DNA from: Flavobacteriaceae bacterium
Lineage (GTDB): Bacteria > Bacteroidota > Bacteroidia > Flavobacteriales > Flavobacteriaceae
Length of the DNA: 37,871 bases
Assembly: GCA_014763515.1 (NCBI GenBank)
Contig: JACXVH010000001.1
Span: 1-37,871, forward strand
Reading direction: 5' to 3'
Positions 1 through 8,924 of the stretch are shown here, piece by piece. Position 1 is the stretch's first letter. Every line of letters begins with the position of its first letter. The position numbers and the translations under genes were made by a program. The notes under the pieces were generated by a model. It saw only the letters and a program-made list of their open reading frames with translations. It did not search any database and was not told the DNA's origin.

Positions 1-1158
1 AATTTTGATTTCTAATGATTTTGGCATCACATAATTCAAAATTTGACCAACATTAATACTTCCTCTTACTATAATTCTCGATAAATTATTTGCATCAAAT
101 TTCTCTGAACCTTCACTTTGTCTTGATAAATCGACACCTGTTTTAATAACTTCTCTTGCTTTTTTCGATGTCCAAAGTGTATATATCATGATAGAACCAC
201 CAAAAAGTAACAACCAAAAATTTGCCTTCAAATCTCCAGAAGCCAGAGCACCCATTAACATAGTAGAATCGCTACCACCTGCAACATAAATTTGGTGCGA
301 TTGTAAAGCCGCTATTGGCACCCCAATAAAATTCACTAAATCATTACCTGCAAAAGCTAGTGCTAATGCAAAAGTTCCCACAATAATAATTACCTTAAAA
401 ATATTTTGTTTTAGCGTAATTAAAATTTGAGAAATTATTGTCCAGAAAATTAAACTTCCTAAAACTATATACATTTGATTTGCATTCATTAACTCTTTTA
501 ATTCAATAGTCATAAATGCAGAGCCCTTAATTCCCTTAAAAAGAATAAAATAAGTTATAAAAGTAATTCCTAAACCTCCAAAAATAGCACCAAAATATTT
601 TGTACGATTCTCATAATGGAAAGAAAATAATATTCTAGAGATGTACATTACAAATGCACCAATTGTGAAGGAAATTATTACAGAAAGTAATATACTCGAA
701 ACAATTTCAGTAGCTTTTGACGTATTAATATAAGATGAAAGCGTACCAAAGTCTCCGCTCGAGGTCACGATTTTATAAATCCCTAAACACACTGCTCCAC
801 CTAACAATTCGAATACAACTGAAACCGTAGTAGAAGTAGGAAAACCAAGTGAATTGAAAATATCTAACAGCAATACATCGGTTATCATTACTGCGAGAAA
901 AATAATCATTACATCTTCAAAAGTGAACATAGCTGGAACAAAAATCCCACTTCTTGCAATTTCCATCATACCACTAGAAAATAGTGCCCCAAGCGCTATT
1001 CCAATACTGGCAACAATCATTAAAGTTTTAAAAGAAACTGCTTTAGAACCTATTCCTGAATTTAAAAAGTTAACTGCATCATTGGCTACGCCAACCATCA
1101 AATCAATTATCGCTAATATGGCTAGCGCCACAAGCATTACAATGTAAATTTGATCCAT
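1..1158 (-). CDS. Inorganic phosphate transporter, PiT family (3'-partial, runs off the window start; absent from the ORF track)
   Basis: Manual translation from ATG at 1158 gives MDQIYIVMLVALAILAIIDLMVGVANDAVNFLNSGIGS, containing the PiT GxNDxxN signature. A second in-frame signature, ALAFAGNDLVNFIGVP, lies near 320-365. The segments read are hydrophobic. Confidence 0.88.
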   Translation of the reverse strand, partial: MDQIYIVMLVALAILAIIDLMVGVANDAVNFLNSGIGSKAVSFKTLMIVASIGIALGALFSSGMMEIARSGIFVPAMFTFEDVMIIFLAVMITDVLLLDIFNSLGFPTSTTVSVVFELLGGAVCLGIYKIVTSSGDFGTLSSYINTSKATEIVSSILLSVIISFTIGAFVMYISRILFSFHYENRTKYFGAIFGGLGITFITYFILFKGIKGSAFMTIELKELMNANQMYIVLGSLIFWTIISQILITLKQNIFKVIIIVGTFALALAFAGNDLVNFIGVPIAALQSHQIYVAGGSDSTMLMGALASGDLKANFWLLLFGGSIMIYTLWTSKKAREVIKTGVDLSRQSEGSEKFDANNLSRIIVRGSINVGQILNYVMPKSLEIKI

Positions 1159-1178
1159 TATATAATTTTAATTTTTTG

Positions 1179-1222
1179 CAAAGTTGGTTCAAGAAATCTT
1201 ATTCAATGTTAAGTTAATGTTA
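1179..1222 (-). promoter_or_regulatory. Candidate pit promoter: variant -7 box plus a direct repeat at the -33 position
   Basis: CAACTTTG at 1179-1186 (one mismatch to TAnnTTTG). TAACATT-N4-TAACATT at 1205-1222, period 11 bp. Confidence 0.45.
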
Positions 1223-1308
1223 TGAATTTTAAACACCCATAAAAATGAACTTTGGCAATTTCTTGATTTTTAGTAAATTTAAGTATTATTAACTAAAATT
1301 TTATAATT

Positions 1309-1509
1309 ATGGCAGTTTTAAAAGTCATTGAAGTTTTAGCTAACTCAGATAAAAGCTGGGAAGACGCTACAAAAAAGGCAGTTTCACAAGCTTCAAAATC
1401 GTTAAAAAACATTCGCTCAGTGTATGTACAAGAACAAAGCGCGGCTGTTAGTAATGGTGAAGTAACTGAATTTAGAGTTAATGTGAAAATTACTTTTGAG
1501 ATTGATTAA
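1309..1509 (+). CDS. Dodecin family flavin-binding protein
   Basis: 66 aa with KVIEVLANSDKSWEDA...ASKSLKNIR...EFRVNVKITF, typical of dodecin. Confidence 0.88.
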   Translation: MAVLKVIEVLANSDKSWEDATKKAVSQASKSLKNIRSVYVQEQSAAVSNGEVTEFRVNVKITFEID

Positions 1510-1524
1510 TTTTTTATGAAAATT

Positions 1525-1560
1525 TTAAAAAAGACGCTTCTACTTAAGCGTCTTTTTTAA
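1525..1560. terminator. Intrinsic terminator after dodecin (symmetrical)
   Basis: ttaaaaaagacgctt-ctactt-aagcgtcttttttaa perfect inverted repeat. Confidence 0.8.
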
Positions 1561-1562
1561 TT

Positions 1563-1570
1563 TAACTTTG
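1563..1570 (+). promoter_or_regulatory. Bacteroidetes sigmaA -7 element for mscS
   Basis: TAACTTTG matches TAnnTTTG, 52 nt upstream of the ATG. Confidence 0.55.
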
Positions 1571-1622
1571 TAAAAAATAATATTTTTCTTATATTATTGA
1601 TCAATTCATAAATAAAAAAACT

Positions 1623-2450
1623 ATGCAACAAGAAAAAATTGAAAACTATTTAGAACTAATTAAAAACCTATTAATTGAATATTCGCCAAAAGTTATTACT
1701 GCAGTTATCTTATTATTTGCAGGACTTTGGATAGTTAGCATTATTACTAAAACTTTCAAAAAAATAATGGTTAAAAGAGAAGTTGAAGAAACTTTAGCTA
1801 ATTTTTTAGGCAATATAGTTTTCTGGACATTGAGAATTCTTTTATTCGTTATTGTAATTTCTAAATTAGGTTTTGAAACTTCTTCTTTAGTAGCTATTCT
1901 TGGTGCCGCTGGTTTAGCAGTTGGTTTAGCTTTACAAGGCTCACTTTCAAATTTTGCAGGTGGTGTTTTAATTATTCTTTTTAAACCTTTTAAAGTTCAT
2001 GATGTAATTGAAGCGCAAGGCGAAATAGGAACAGTTCAAGAAATCCAAATTTTCAACACTCGATTATTAACAGCAAACAATCAAACCATTTATATTCCGA
2101 ATGGCATCTTGTCGAATGGAATTATCAAAAATTATACACAAGAAGGTATTCGTAGAGCCGATTTAAATATTGGAATTGCCTACAATTCTGATATCAGAAA
2201 AGCAAAAGAAGTTATTATGGAAGTATTGAACAATCATCCAAAAATATTAACTGAACCTGCACCAAGCGTTATTGTAAAAGAATTGGCTGATAGTGCAATA
2301 AATCTTGGTATTCGCCCTTGGTCTAAATCAGAAGACTTTTTAGAAGTGAGTTCTGAAACATTGATTGAATGTAAATTAGCTTTAGATAAAGTTAACATTT
2401 CTATTCCTTTTCCTCAAAGAGAGCTAAGAATTATTAACGAAGACAAATAG
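1623..2450 (+). CDS. mscS: Small-conductance mechanosensitive channel
   Basis: TM3 motif LGAAGLAVGLALQGSLSNFAGG, plus KPFKV.D.I, IPNG and IPFPQR. Confidence 0.93.
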   Translation: MQQEKIENYLELIKNLLIEYSPKVITAVILLFAGLWIVSIITKTFKKIMVKREVEETLANFLGNIVFWTLRILLFVIVISKLGFETSSLVAILGAAGLAVGLALQGSLSNFAGGVLIILFKPFKVHDVIEAQGEIGTVQEIQIFNTRLLTANNQTIYIPNGILSNGIIKNYTQEGIRRADLNIGIAYNSDIRKAKEVIMEVLNNHPKILTEPAPSVIVKELADSAINLGIRPWSKSEDFLEVSSETLIECKLALDKVNISIPFPQRELRIINEDK

Positions 2451-2451
2451 A

Positions 2452-3111
2452 TTATTTATTCAAAACAAAATCTTTTAAATAAAAAGGTTCAAAATAAGCG
2501 ACATCTTCAAAGTCGCTTTTTTTGAATTTTTCAAACGATAATTGACACATTTCTAAAGCCGAAGGATACAAAATTTCATCATAAAAAGTAAACTTTGTAT
2601 CTGTTAAAACCGATTTCAATTTAATAGCTCCGTCTCCTACTAAATGCATCGATTCTTGAACTTCTTGAAAAGAATTCCCATCAATTACTTTTGCTTCAGT
2701 TTCAAATATTTTAATATAATTCTTATCAAAAAAAGCGGTATAAACTTCCATTCTTCTGGCATCAATCATGGGAACAATAATACCTTTTTTAATAGTTATT
2801 TTTTTAGCTAATAATTCTAAAGTATCAATAGAAATTAATGGCACACTTAATGCATAACACAACCCTTTTGCCGCAGAAACGCCAATTCGCAATCCTGTAT
2901 AAGAGCCCGGGCCTTTACTCACTGCAACAGCATTAATATTTTTAAATGTAAGATTTGCTTCTTGTAAACATTCTTCAATAAAAACATGTAACTTTTCTGC
3001 ATGTGAAAAACCTTCAGTTGCAATTTCTCTACTTGCGAGAACATTTCCATTATTTGCAATTGATACTGAACAATTTTTAGTTGCTGTTTCTAAATTTAAA
3101 ATATATGCCAT
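2452..3111 (-). CDS. tsaB: tRNA t6A biosynthesis protein TsaB
   Basis: ILNLETAT..CSV, HAEKL, GPGSYTGLRIG, DARRMEVY and EPFYLK. Start moved to ATG 3111 because the longer frame overlaps a -7 box (TAATTTTG, 3129-3136). Confidence 0.93.
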   Translation of the reverse strand: MAYILNLETATKNCSVSIANNGNVLASREIATEGFSHAEKLHVFIEECLQEANLTFKNINAVAVSKGPGSYTGLRIGVSAAKGLCYALSVPLISIDTLELLAKKITIKKGIIVPMIDARRMEVYTAFFDKNYIKIFETEAKVIDGNSFQEVQESMHLVGDGAIKLKSVLTDTKFTFYDEILYPSALEMCQLSFEKFKKSDFEDVAYFEPFYLKDFVLNK

Positions 3112-3154
3112 TTCTATAATTTGAGTTACAAAATTACAAACTTTAAACATTTAA

Positions 3155-3187
3155 AAAATAAAAAAGACACGAATTACTTCGTGCCTC
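3155..3187 (-). terminator. Intrinsic terminator after the adaptor gene
   Basis: Minus strand aggcacgaa-gtaa-ttcgtgtct followed by a T-rich tract. Confidence 0.7.
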
Positions 3188-3210
3188 CTTAACCTAATTT
3201 AACAAATCTA

Positions 3211-4512
3211 TTAGTCTTTGTTACTAGACTTTTTTTCTTCTAATTTTACTTTATCGTTACTGTTTAGTTCTTTTGAAACAGTCGTATAAGGTCCAACTAT
3301 AATTTCTTCTCCAGGTTTTAAGCCTTCCATGATTTCTATATTTGTATCATCTTGAATTCCTGTCTTAACTACTTTAAGTTTTGCTTTGTCTCCAACTTTT
3401 ACAAAAACACATTCAAATTTTTTATCAGGGTTATAAGTTCCTTTGTTTTGTTTATCTTCTTTTTCAAGTTCTGCAATAATATCTTTTTTAGTTGAAGTAG
3501 TATCATCTTTAATAACCACAGCACTAATAGGAACTCCAATTACTTTTTCTTTTCTTTTTGTAATAATATCTACAGTTGCAGTCATCCCAGGTCTAAATGG
3601 AGAATAATTTTCAGGTTTTCCTTCTAATAAATCTTGATAAGATTCTTTTAAAATTCTAACTTTTACTTTAAAATTTGTTACCTGATCTGCTGTTAAAGTT
3701 GAACTCGCAGAGTTTGATATACTTGTAACAATACCTTTAAATTCTTTTTTCAAATAAGCATCTACTTCAATTTTAGCAGAATCTCCAATACTCACTTTTA
3801 CAATATCATTTTCATTAACATCTACTTCCACTTCCATGTTGTTTAAGTTAGCAACACGTAACAATTCTGTTCCAGCCATTTGTTGCGTACCTAAAACTCT
3901 TTCCCCTAATTCAACTGAAAGCAATGAAATTGTACCATCTGCAGGCGCGTAAATAGTTGTTCTACCTAAATTATCACGCGCTTCAGTTAATGTCGCAAAT
4001 GCACTTTGAACATTATAGTAAGCCGATTGTTTGTTTGCCACAGCAACTTCATAAGTAGACACCACTTTATCCCATTCAGATTTTGAAATAATTCCTTTTT
4101 CAAATAAAGTTTTATTTCTATCATAGTTCGCTTTTGCCTCTTTTACCTGTGCATCAGCTTGGCTTAATCCTGCTTTTGTAGTTGACAAAGATGCCGCCGT
4201 ACGGTTTACTCCAGATTCATAAATATCTGGGTTAATTTTAACCAACAAATCACCTTTTTTTACTTGTTGACCTTCTTTGATTGGTAAATCAATAATTTCA
4301 CCTGAAACTTCAGAAGATATTTTAACTTCAATTTCTGGTTGAATTTTTCCAGTTGCAGAAACCGTTTCAATAATTGTCATTTCAGCTGCTTTAGAAATTT
4401 CAACGATTTTAGAATCGTCATTTCCTCCTATCACACCTGCTTTCTTTAATCCAATTAAACTTATTAGTAAAATAGCTACCGCTACCAGTATGTATATTGT
4501 TTTCTTAGACAT
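3211..4512 (-). CDS. Efflux periplasmic adaptor (membrane fusion protein, MacA/HlyD-like)
   Basis: N-terminal anchor, ATGKIQP...ISSEVSGEI...EGQQVKKGDLL, a coiled-coil hairpin, IYAPADGTI and RPGMTA. Confidence 0.9.
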   Translation of the reverse strand: MSKKTIYILVAVAILLISLIGLKKAGVIGGNDDSKIVEISKAAEMTIIETVSATGKIQPEIEVKISSEVSGEIIDLPIKEGQQVKKGDLLVKINPDIYESGVNRTAASLSTTKAGLSQADAQVKEAKANYDRNKTLFEKGIISKSEWDKVVSTYEVAVANKQSAYYNVQSAFATLTEARDNLGRTTIYAPADGTISLLSVELGERVLGTQQMAGTELLRVANLNNMEVEVDVNENDIVKVSIGDSAKIEVDAYLKKEFKGIVTSISNSASSTLTADQVTNFKVKVRILKESYQDLLEGKPENYSPFRPGMTATVDIITKRKEKVIGVPISAVVIKDDTTSTKKDIIAELEKEDKQNKGTYNPDKKFECVFVKVGDKAKLKVVKTGIQDDTNIEIMEGLKPGEEIIVGPYTTVSKELNSNDKVKLEEKKSSNKD

Positions 4513-4514
4513 AA

Positions 4515-5957
4515 TTAATTATTTTGTATTAATGGAATACCAAAGTAAAATTCTAAAATTTTTGTTCTGAATATATAATCGTATTTTGTTCTTAAAACTT
4601 CTGATTCAGCATTTGCTAATTGCGTTTGTACTTGATTAAAATCAAATACATTCATTAGCCCAACTCTATATCGCTCTTGAGCATACTCATAAGATAATTT
4701 TCTAGCCGCTAAAGTTTCTAATGCAGCTTCATAAGTTTCCTTAGCTGCATTTGTATCTGTATATGCTGTATACACATTTCTTTCTAAGTCAAGCTCTTGT
4801 TGTTCATAATTTAACTGTGCCTTTTCTAATGCAATTTTTGATCTTTGAACATTGTTACGAGTTGCAAATCCATTAAAAATTGGAACGGTTAATTGCAATC
4901 CGAAGTTTTGTCCTTTATTATTATCGAATTGTTCTAAAACTGGAAGTGGACCTCCTATTATTGGCTTATAATTATATTGAAAAACGCTTTCGCCAGTTCC
5001 TTGAACATATCCAATTAAAGAAGTAGGATTCTGAGTATCTGGTTGTATTCCTACTACTCTATCAGAATATGCTGCCCTTGTACTAAAACTATAAAAACCA
5101 ATTAAAGATGGATAATATGCTCCTCTCGCAATTGAAACATCTTTTTTTGCGATTTCTAGATTAGATTGTGCTAATTTTAATTCAGTTCTACTTTCTTTAG
5201 CTTTGGCAACGACACTTTCTGACGATTCATTTAAAACTAAACTTTGAAATACATCAATTTGTTCATCTTGAACATCAAAACTTTTAAAATCTTCTAATTT
5301 TAAAAGTTGAGCCAAACTCAATTTAGATAACAAAAGTGCATTTTCAGCAGAAATTATAGCTTGTTTATTACTTGCAACTGTAGCTTGAACATCTAACAAA
5401 TCCCCTCTTGGAACCATCCCAGCATCAACCAATTCTTTAGTTCTATTAAATTGGTCAGAGTTAACTTTTAATTGATTTTGTTGAACTTTTAAATTCTCTT
5501 TATTAAATAGAATTTGCAAATAAGCATTGGCAACATTTAATGCAACATCTTCTTTTATTTTTGTCACCTGATATTGGCTTGCAATTAATGCTAAATTAGT
5601 TTTTCGCAACTGATTCTGATTTTGCAAACCTTTAAAAATATCTACATTTACATTTAAACCTGCTGATGTAAACTGTGTGGTTTGATTTTCAAGTAAACCA
5701 GTAGTAATGTTTTGATTTAAACCAATGTTCCAAGAGTGAGATGCAGAACCACTAATATTAGGCAAAAAATTTCCAATCGCATCTTTCTTATTAACTACTG
5801 AAGATTTATAATCTAATTCAGAAGATTCAATTGTAATATTATTTTGAATAGCATAATCTACACACTCTTGAAGCGTCCACTTTTTTTCTTGTGCTTGTGC
5901 ACTTATCGTTAAAATACCAACTAGAAAAAAGACAATTCTTTTAAATGACATTATCAT
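4515..5957 (-). CDS. TolC family outer membrane protein
   Basis: Signal peptide ending AQA|Q, WTLQECVDYAIQNN and two OEP-type repeats (FLPNISG; YYPSL...LTVPIFNG). The start may be ATG 5957 or 5951. Confidence 0.9.
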   Translation of the reverse strand: MIMSFKRIVFFLVGILTISAQAQEKKWTLQECVDYAIQNNITIESSELDYKSSVVNKKDAIGNFLPNISGSASHSWNIGLNQNITTGLLENQTTQFTSAGLNVNVDIFKGLQNQNQLRKTNLALIASQYQVTKIKEDVALNVANAYLQILFNKENLKVQQNQLKVNSDQFNRTKELVDAGMVPRGDLLDVQATVASNKQAIISAENALLLSKLSLAQLLKLEDFKSFDVQDEQIDVFQSLVLNESSESVVAKAKESRTELKLAQSNLEIAKKDVSIARGAYYPSLIGFYSFSTRAAYSDRVVGIQPDTQNPTSLIGYVQGTGESVFQYNYKPIIGGPLPVLEQFDNNKGQNFGLQLTVPIFNGFATRNNVQRSKIALEKAQLNYEQQELDLERNVYTAYTDTNAAKETYEAALETLAARKLSYEYAQERYRVGLMNVFDFNQVQTQLANAESEVLRTKYDYIFRTKILEFYFGIPLIQNN

Positions 5958-6050
5958 TTTATTTTTCGATTACAGTAATAAGACCACAATTATAAATTTT
6001 TGTTACAGTATTTACTTAAAATTTTAATTTTACAGAAATTTTCTATTCAA

Positions 6051-7442
6051 ATGAAATACATAATAATTGCTATAACGCTATTAAGTTTATTTGTAACACT
6101 TGCAAGTTGCTCTCCTGGAAAAAAGATTGAAGCTTTAAAACCAGATCCATCAAATACCACATCTACTGTGTACAAAGCCAAAACTTCCTTTTTAGCTTTA
6201 CCGGTTGAAATTACTTTAAAAGACATAGAAAAGCAGCTTAATAAAAACTTAAAAGGGTTAATCTACAATGATTCTATTTTAAGTGACGACAAGACACAAA
6301 TGAAAATTTGGAAATCAAATAACATTGAAATTTCAGACAAAAATGGTGTTATTGTTTCTAAAATTCCATTAAAAATTTGGACAAAAATTAAATATGGTAC
6401 CGATTTTTTAAACCTTAATGATACGAAAGAAATCTTTTTAGATGGAATTATTACTTTAGAAAGTAAACCACATTTAACAAATTGGAAGCTTTCTACACAA
6501 TCTCAAATTACAGAATTCAAGTGGAACGAAAGTCCGGCTATTTTAATTGCTGGAAAAATGGTTCCAATTACGTATATTATAAATCCGACATTAGGATATT
6601 TTAAGAAAACTATAGCTAAAGAAATTGACAAAGCTATTGATATGTCGTGTGACTTTAAACCTTATGTTTTAGATGCACTTGAAGGTATTAGCAAACCCGT
6701 TTTAACAGATGAAGGTTATGAAACTTGGTTTAAAGTTGCCCCTATTGAACTTTATGCTACAGATGCGGTCTTAAAAAATAGCAAAATTACTATGGATATG
6801 GGATTAAAATGTAACCTTCAAACCATGGTAGGACAAGAACCAAAAAACACATTTGACAGTAAAAAAATTGTTCTTAAACCAGTAACTCAAATTCCAAATA
6901 AAGCCGAAGTTTCGTTAGCAATTGTGTCTACTTATGAAAGCGCATCAAAAGTAATTACTAAAAATTTTAAAGATCAAGAATTTGGTTCAGGAAGTAAAAA
7001 AATAACCGTTCAAAATGTTTCTATTTGGGAAAAAGACAACAAACTAATTATAGCATTAGATATGACAGGAAGCATTAATGGTACTATTTATTTAAATGGT
7101 TATCCAAATTATAATGCTATTACTAAAGAAATTTACTTTGACCAATTGGATTATGTTTTAAACACCAAAAGCGTATTACTAAAATCAGCAAATTGGTTAG
7201 CGCAAGGGACAATCTTGAGAAAAATTCAAGAAAACTGCCGATATTCTATTAAAGAAAACTTAGAAGAAGGAAAAAACACTTTAACTGGTTACCTAAATAA
7301 TTACTCTCCTATGAAAGGTATTTTTGTAAACGGAATATTAAGTGATTTAGAATTTGAAAAAGTCGAATTAACTAACAAAGCGATTATTGCGTTTATTACA
7401 ACATCAGGTAAAGTTAGCGTTAAAATCGATGGATTAGATTAG
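6051..7442 (+). CDS. Lipoprotein of unknown function (DUF4403-like)
   Basis: From ATG 6051: MKYIII...LASC lipobox followed by a beta-rich body. Family call is from recognition only. Confidence 0.65.
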   Translation: MKYIIIAITLLSLFVTLASCSPGKKIEALKPDPSNTTSTVYKAKTSFLALPVEITLKDIEKQLNKNLKGLIYNDSILSDDKTQMKIWKSNNIEISDKNGVIVSKIPLKIWTKIKYGTDFLNLNDTKEIFLDGIITLESKPHLTNWKLSTQSQITEFKWNESPAILIAGKMVPITYIINPTLGYFKKTIAKEIDKAIDMSCDFKPYVLDALEGISKPVLTDEGYETWFKVAPIELYATDAVLKNSKITMDMGLKCNLQTMVGQEPKNTFDSKKIVLKPVTQIPNKAEVSLAIVSTYESASKVITKNFKDQEFGSGSKKITVQNVSIWEKDNKLIIALDMTGSINGTIYLNGYPNYNAITKEIYFDQLDYVLNTKSVLLKSANWLAQGTILRKIQENCRYSIKENLEEGKNTLTGYLNNYSPMKGIFVNGILSDLEFEKVELTNKAIIAFITTSGKVSVKIDGLD

Positions 7443-7720
7443 TTCTCTTCTTTCTTTTTAGAATATTTCAGTTTATAAATAGCATAAAAAGCAGCTCCAA
7501 CTAAAATATATGGAATAACCATTAAATAAACAATACCATCATTAACAGCTTCTGCTTGGGCACCGCTTTCTTCACTTTCTAGTGCAGCTCTACACATAGC
7601 GCATTGAGCTTCTACGAAGAAAGGTAAAAGTGAAAAGACAAAAGTGAAAAGTGTTCTTTTTAAAACACCTAACTTTAAACTTTTTACTTTTAACTTTTTA
7701 CTTTTAACTCTAATTTGCAT
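7439..7720 (-). CDS. Small membrane-anchored CxxC protein, last gene of the oxidase assembly cluster
   Basis: Signal peptide ending VEA|Q, then QCAMCRA, an acidic linker, a TM helix (GIVYLMVIPYILVGAAFYAIY) and a basic tail. Overlaps the DUF420 gene end by 11 bp. Confidence 0.75.
   Translation of the reverse strand: MQIRVKSKKLKVKSLKLGVLKRTLFTFVFSLLPFFVEAQCAMCRAALESEESGAQAEAVNDGIVYLMVIPYILVGAAFYAIYKLKYSKKKEEN
7625..7713. repeat. Inverted pair of 7-bp tandem arrays
   Basis: TAAAAGT GAAAAGA CAAAAGT GAAAAGT (7625-7652), a 19-bp spacer, then ACTTTAA ACTTTTT ACTTTTA ACTTTTT ACTTTTA ACTCTAA (7672-7713). Confidence 0.8.
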
Positions 7721-8294
7721 AATAAGGAGAAATCATGATATAAACTACAACACCTGTAATGGCAACGTAAAGCCAGATTGGGAATGTTATTTTGGCTATT
7801 TTTTTATGTTTGTCAAATCGTTGTGCCAATGCTTTTACGTAAGTAATTAAAACTAAAGGTATAATTGCTATTGACAACAAAATATGAGTAAATAAAATAA
7901 AGTAATAGATATAACGAAATGATCCTAAAACCTCTTTTTCAGATTCTTCTAAAACACCATTTAAATTAGCATCTCCAAAATAAGTCGTATCTGATGTCAT
8001 GTGATAAGCTACATACATAACTAAGAAAACTAATGAACAAGCAATTGCAACTTTCATTAACAACTCATGTAATTGTCTGTTGCCATTTTTAATTGCCATT
8101 ACCGCAAAAACTAAAACGGCTGCTGTGATTCCGTTAATTGTAGCATAAATTGGGGGTAAAAAACTAAGCGGCTCTACATCAAAGCCCATTTTTCTTAGAT
8201 TTACACCAAATAAAACCGCTACTACTACTGGTATAATAACTGATAAAGCAATAATCAATTTATTGTATTTTGTTTCAATAGTATTGTTTCCCAT
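7710..8294 (-). CDS. DUF420 family membrane protein (CtaM/YozB-like oxidase assembly factor)
   Basis: ATING, H..LM, FLVMYVAYH, YYFILFTHI.L and HKKIAKITFPIWLYVAITGVVVY. Confidence 0.85.
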   Translation of the reverse strand: MGNNTIETKYNKLIIALSVIIPVVVAVLFGVNLRKMGFDVEPLSFLPPIYATINGITAAVLVFAVMAIKNGNRQLHELLMKVAIACSLVFLVMYVAYHMTSDTTYFGDANLNGVLEESEKEVLGSFRYIYYFILFTHILLSIAIIPLVLITYVKALAQRFDKHKKIAKITFPIWLYVAITGVVVYIMISPYYAN

Positions 8295-8296
8295 AA

Positions 8297-8923
8297 TTAT
8301 TCTTGTAATAATTTTTTAATATCTTCAATAATATTTTTTACTCCTACCTGATCAATTCCATCGTAATATAAAATTGGATTTCCGTATTGATCCGTTCTAC
8401 AACGAATATTTCCTTCTTTGTCTACAAGTGCAAACATGCCAGAATGTTCAAAACCACCCATTGCTTTTTTATTTTCGCCAGCATACATATTGAAACCTTT
8501 GTTAGCCAACTCATAGATGTAATCTTTATTACCTGTAAGAAAATTCCAATTAGCGTGTTTTACACCTAAAATTTCAGCATGTTCTTTTAAAACTTTTGGT
8601 GTATCATAATCAGGATTAATGGTTATTGATACAATTCCAAAATCTTTTTCATTTAAAAACTCATCTTGAATTTTCAACATATTTTGATTCATTTTAGGAC
8701 AAATCGTAGGGCAAGTTGAAAAGAAAAACTCAATTACATAAACTTTACCTAAATAATCTTTATCAGAAATCTTTTTATCATCTTGATTAGTTAGTTCAAA
8801 ACTTGGTGCTGAGCCAATCTCATACAAATCAGATTTAGAATAATAACGTGCATTTATTTCCTTAACTACCCAGATTCCAAAAATTAAAATAATAAACGCT
8901 AAACCTATATATGACTTTTTCAT
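8297..8923 (-). CDS. SCO1/SenC copper chaperone
   Basis: TM anchor, FELTNQD, FFSTCPTICP (CxxxC), INPDYDTP and HSGMFALVD. Confidence 0.93.
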   Translation of the reverse strand: MKKSYIGLAFIILIFGIWVVKEINARYYSKSDLYEIGSAPSFELTNQDDKKISDKDYLGKVYVIEFFFSTCPTICPKMNQNMLKIQDEFLNEKDFGIVSITINPDYDTPKVLKEHAEILGVKHANWNFLTGNKDYIYELANKGFNMYAGENKKAMGGFEHSGMFALVDKEGNIRCRTDQYGNPILYYDGIDQVGVKNIIEDIKKLLQE

Positions 8924-8924
8924 C

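Noticed and set aside
854-1147. 97-aa plus-strand ORF
   Set aside because: Antisense shadow of the PiT transporter; no motifs.
1251-1266. TTGGCA...TTGA upstream of dodecin as a sigma54 promoter
   Set aside because: The GG-to-G spacing is one base short of the -24/-12 geometry.
7644-7850. 68-aa plus-strand ORF
   Set aside because: Antisense to two real genes and partly a product of the heptamer repeat.
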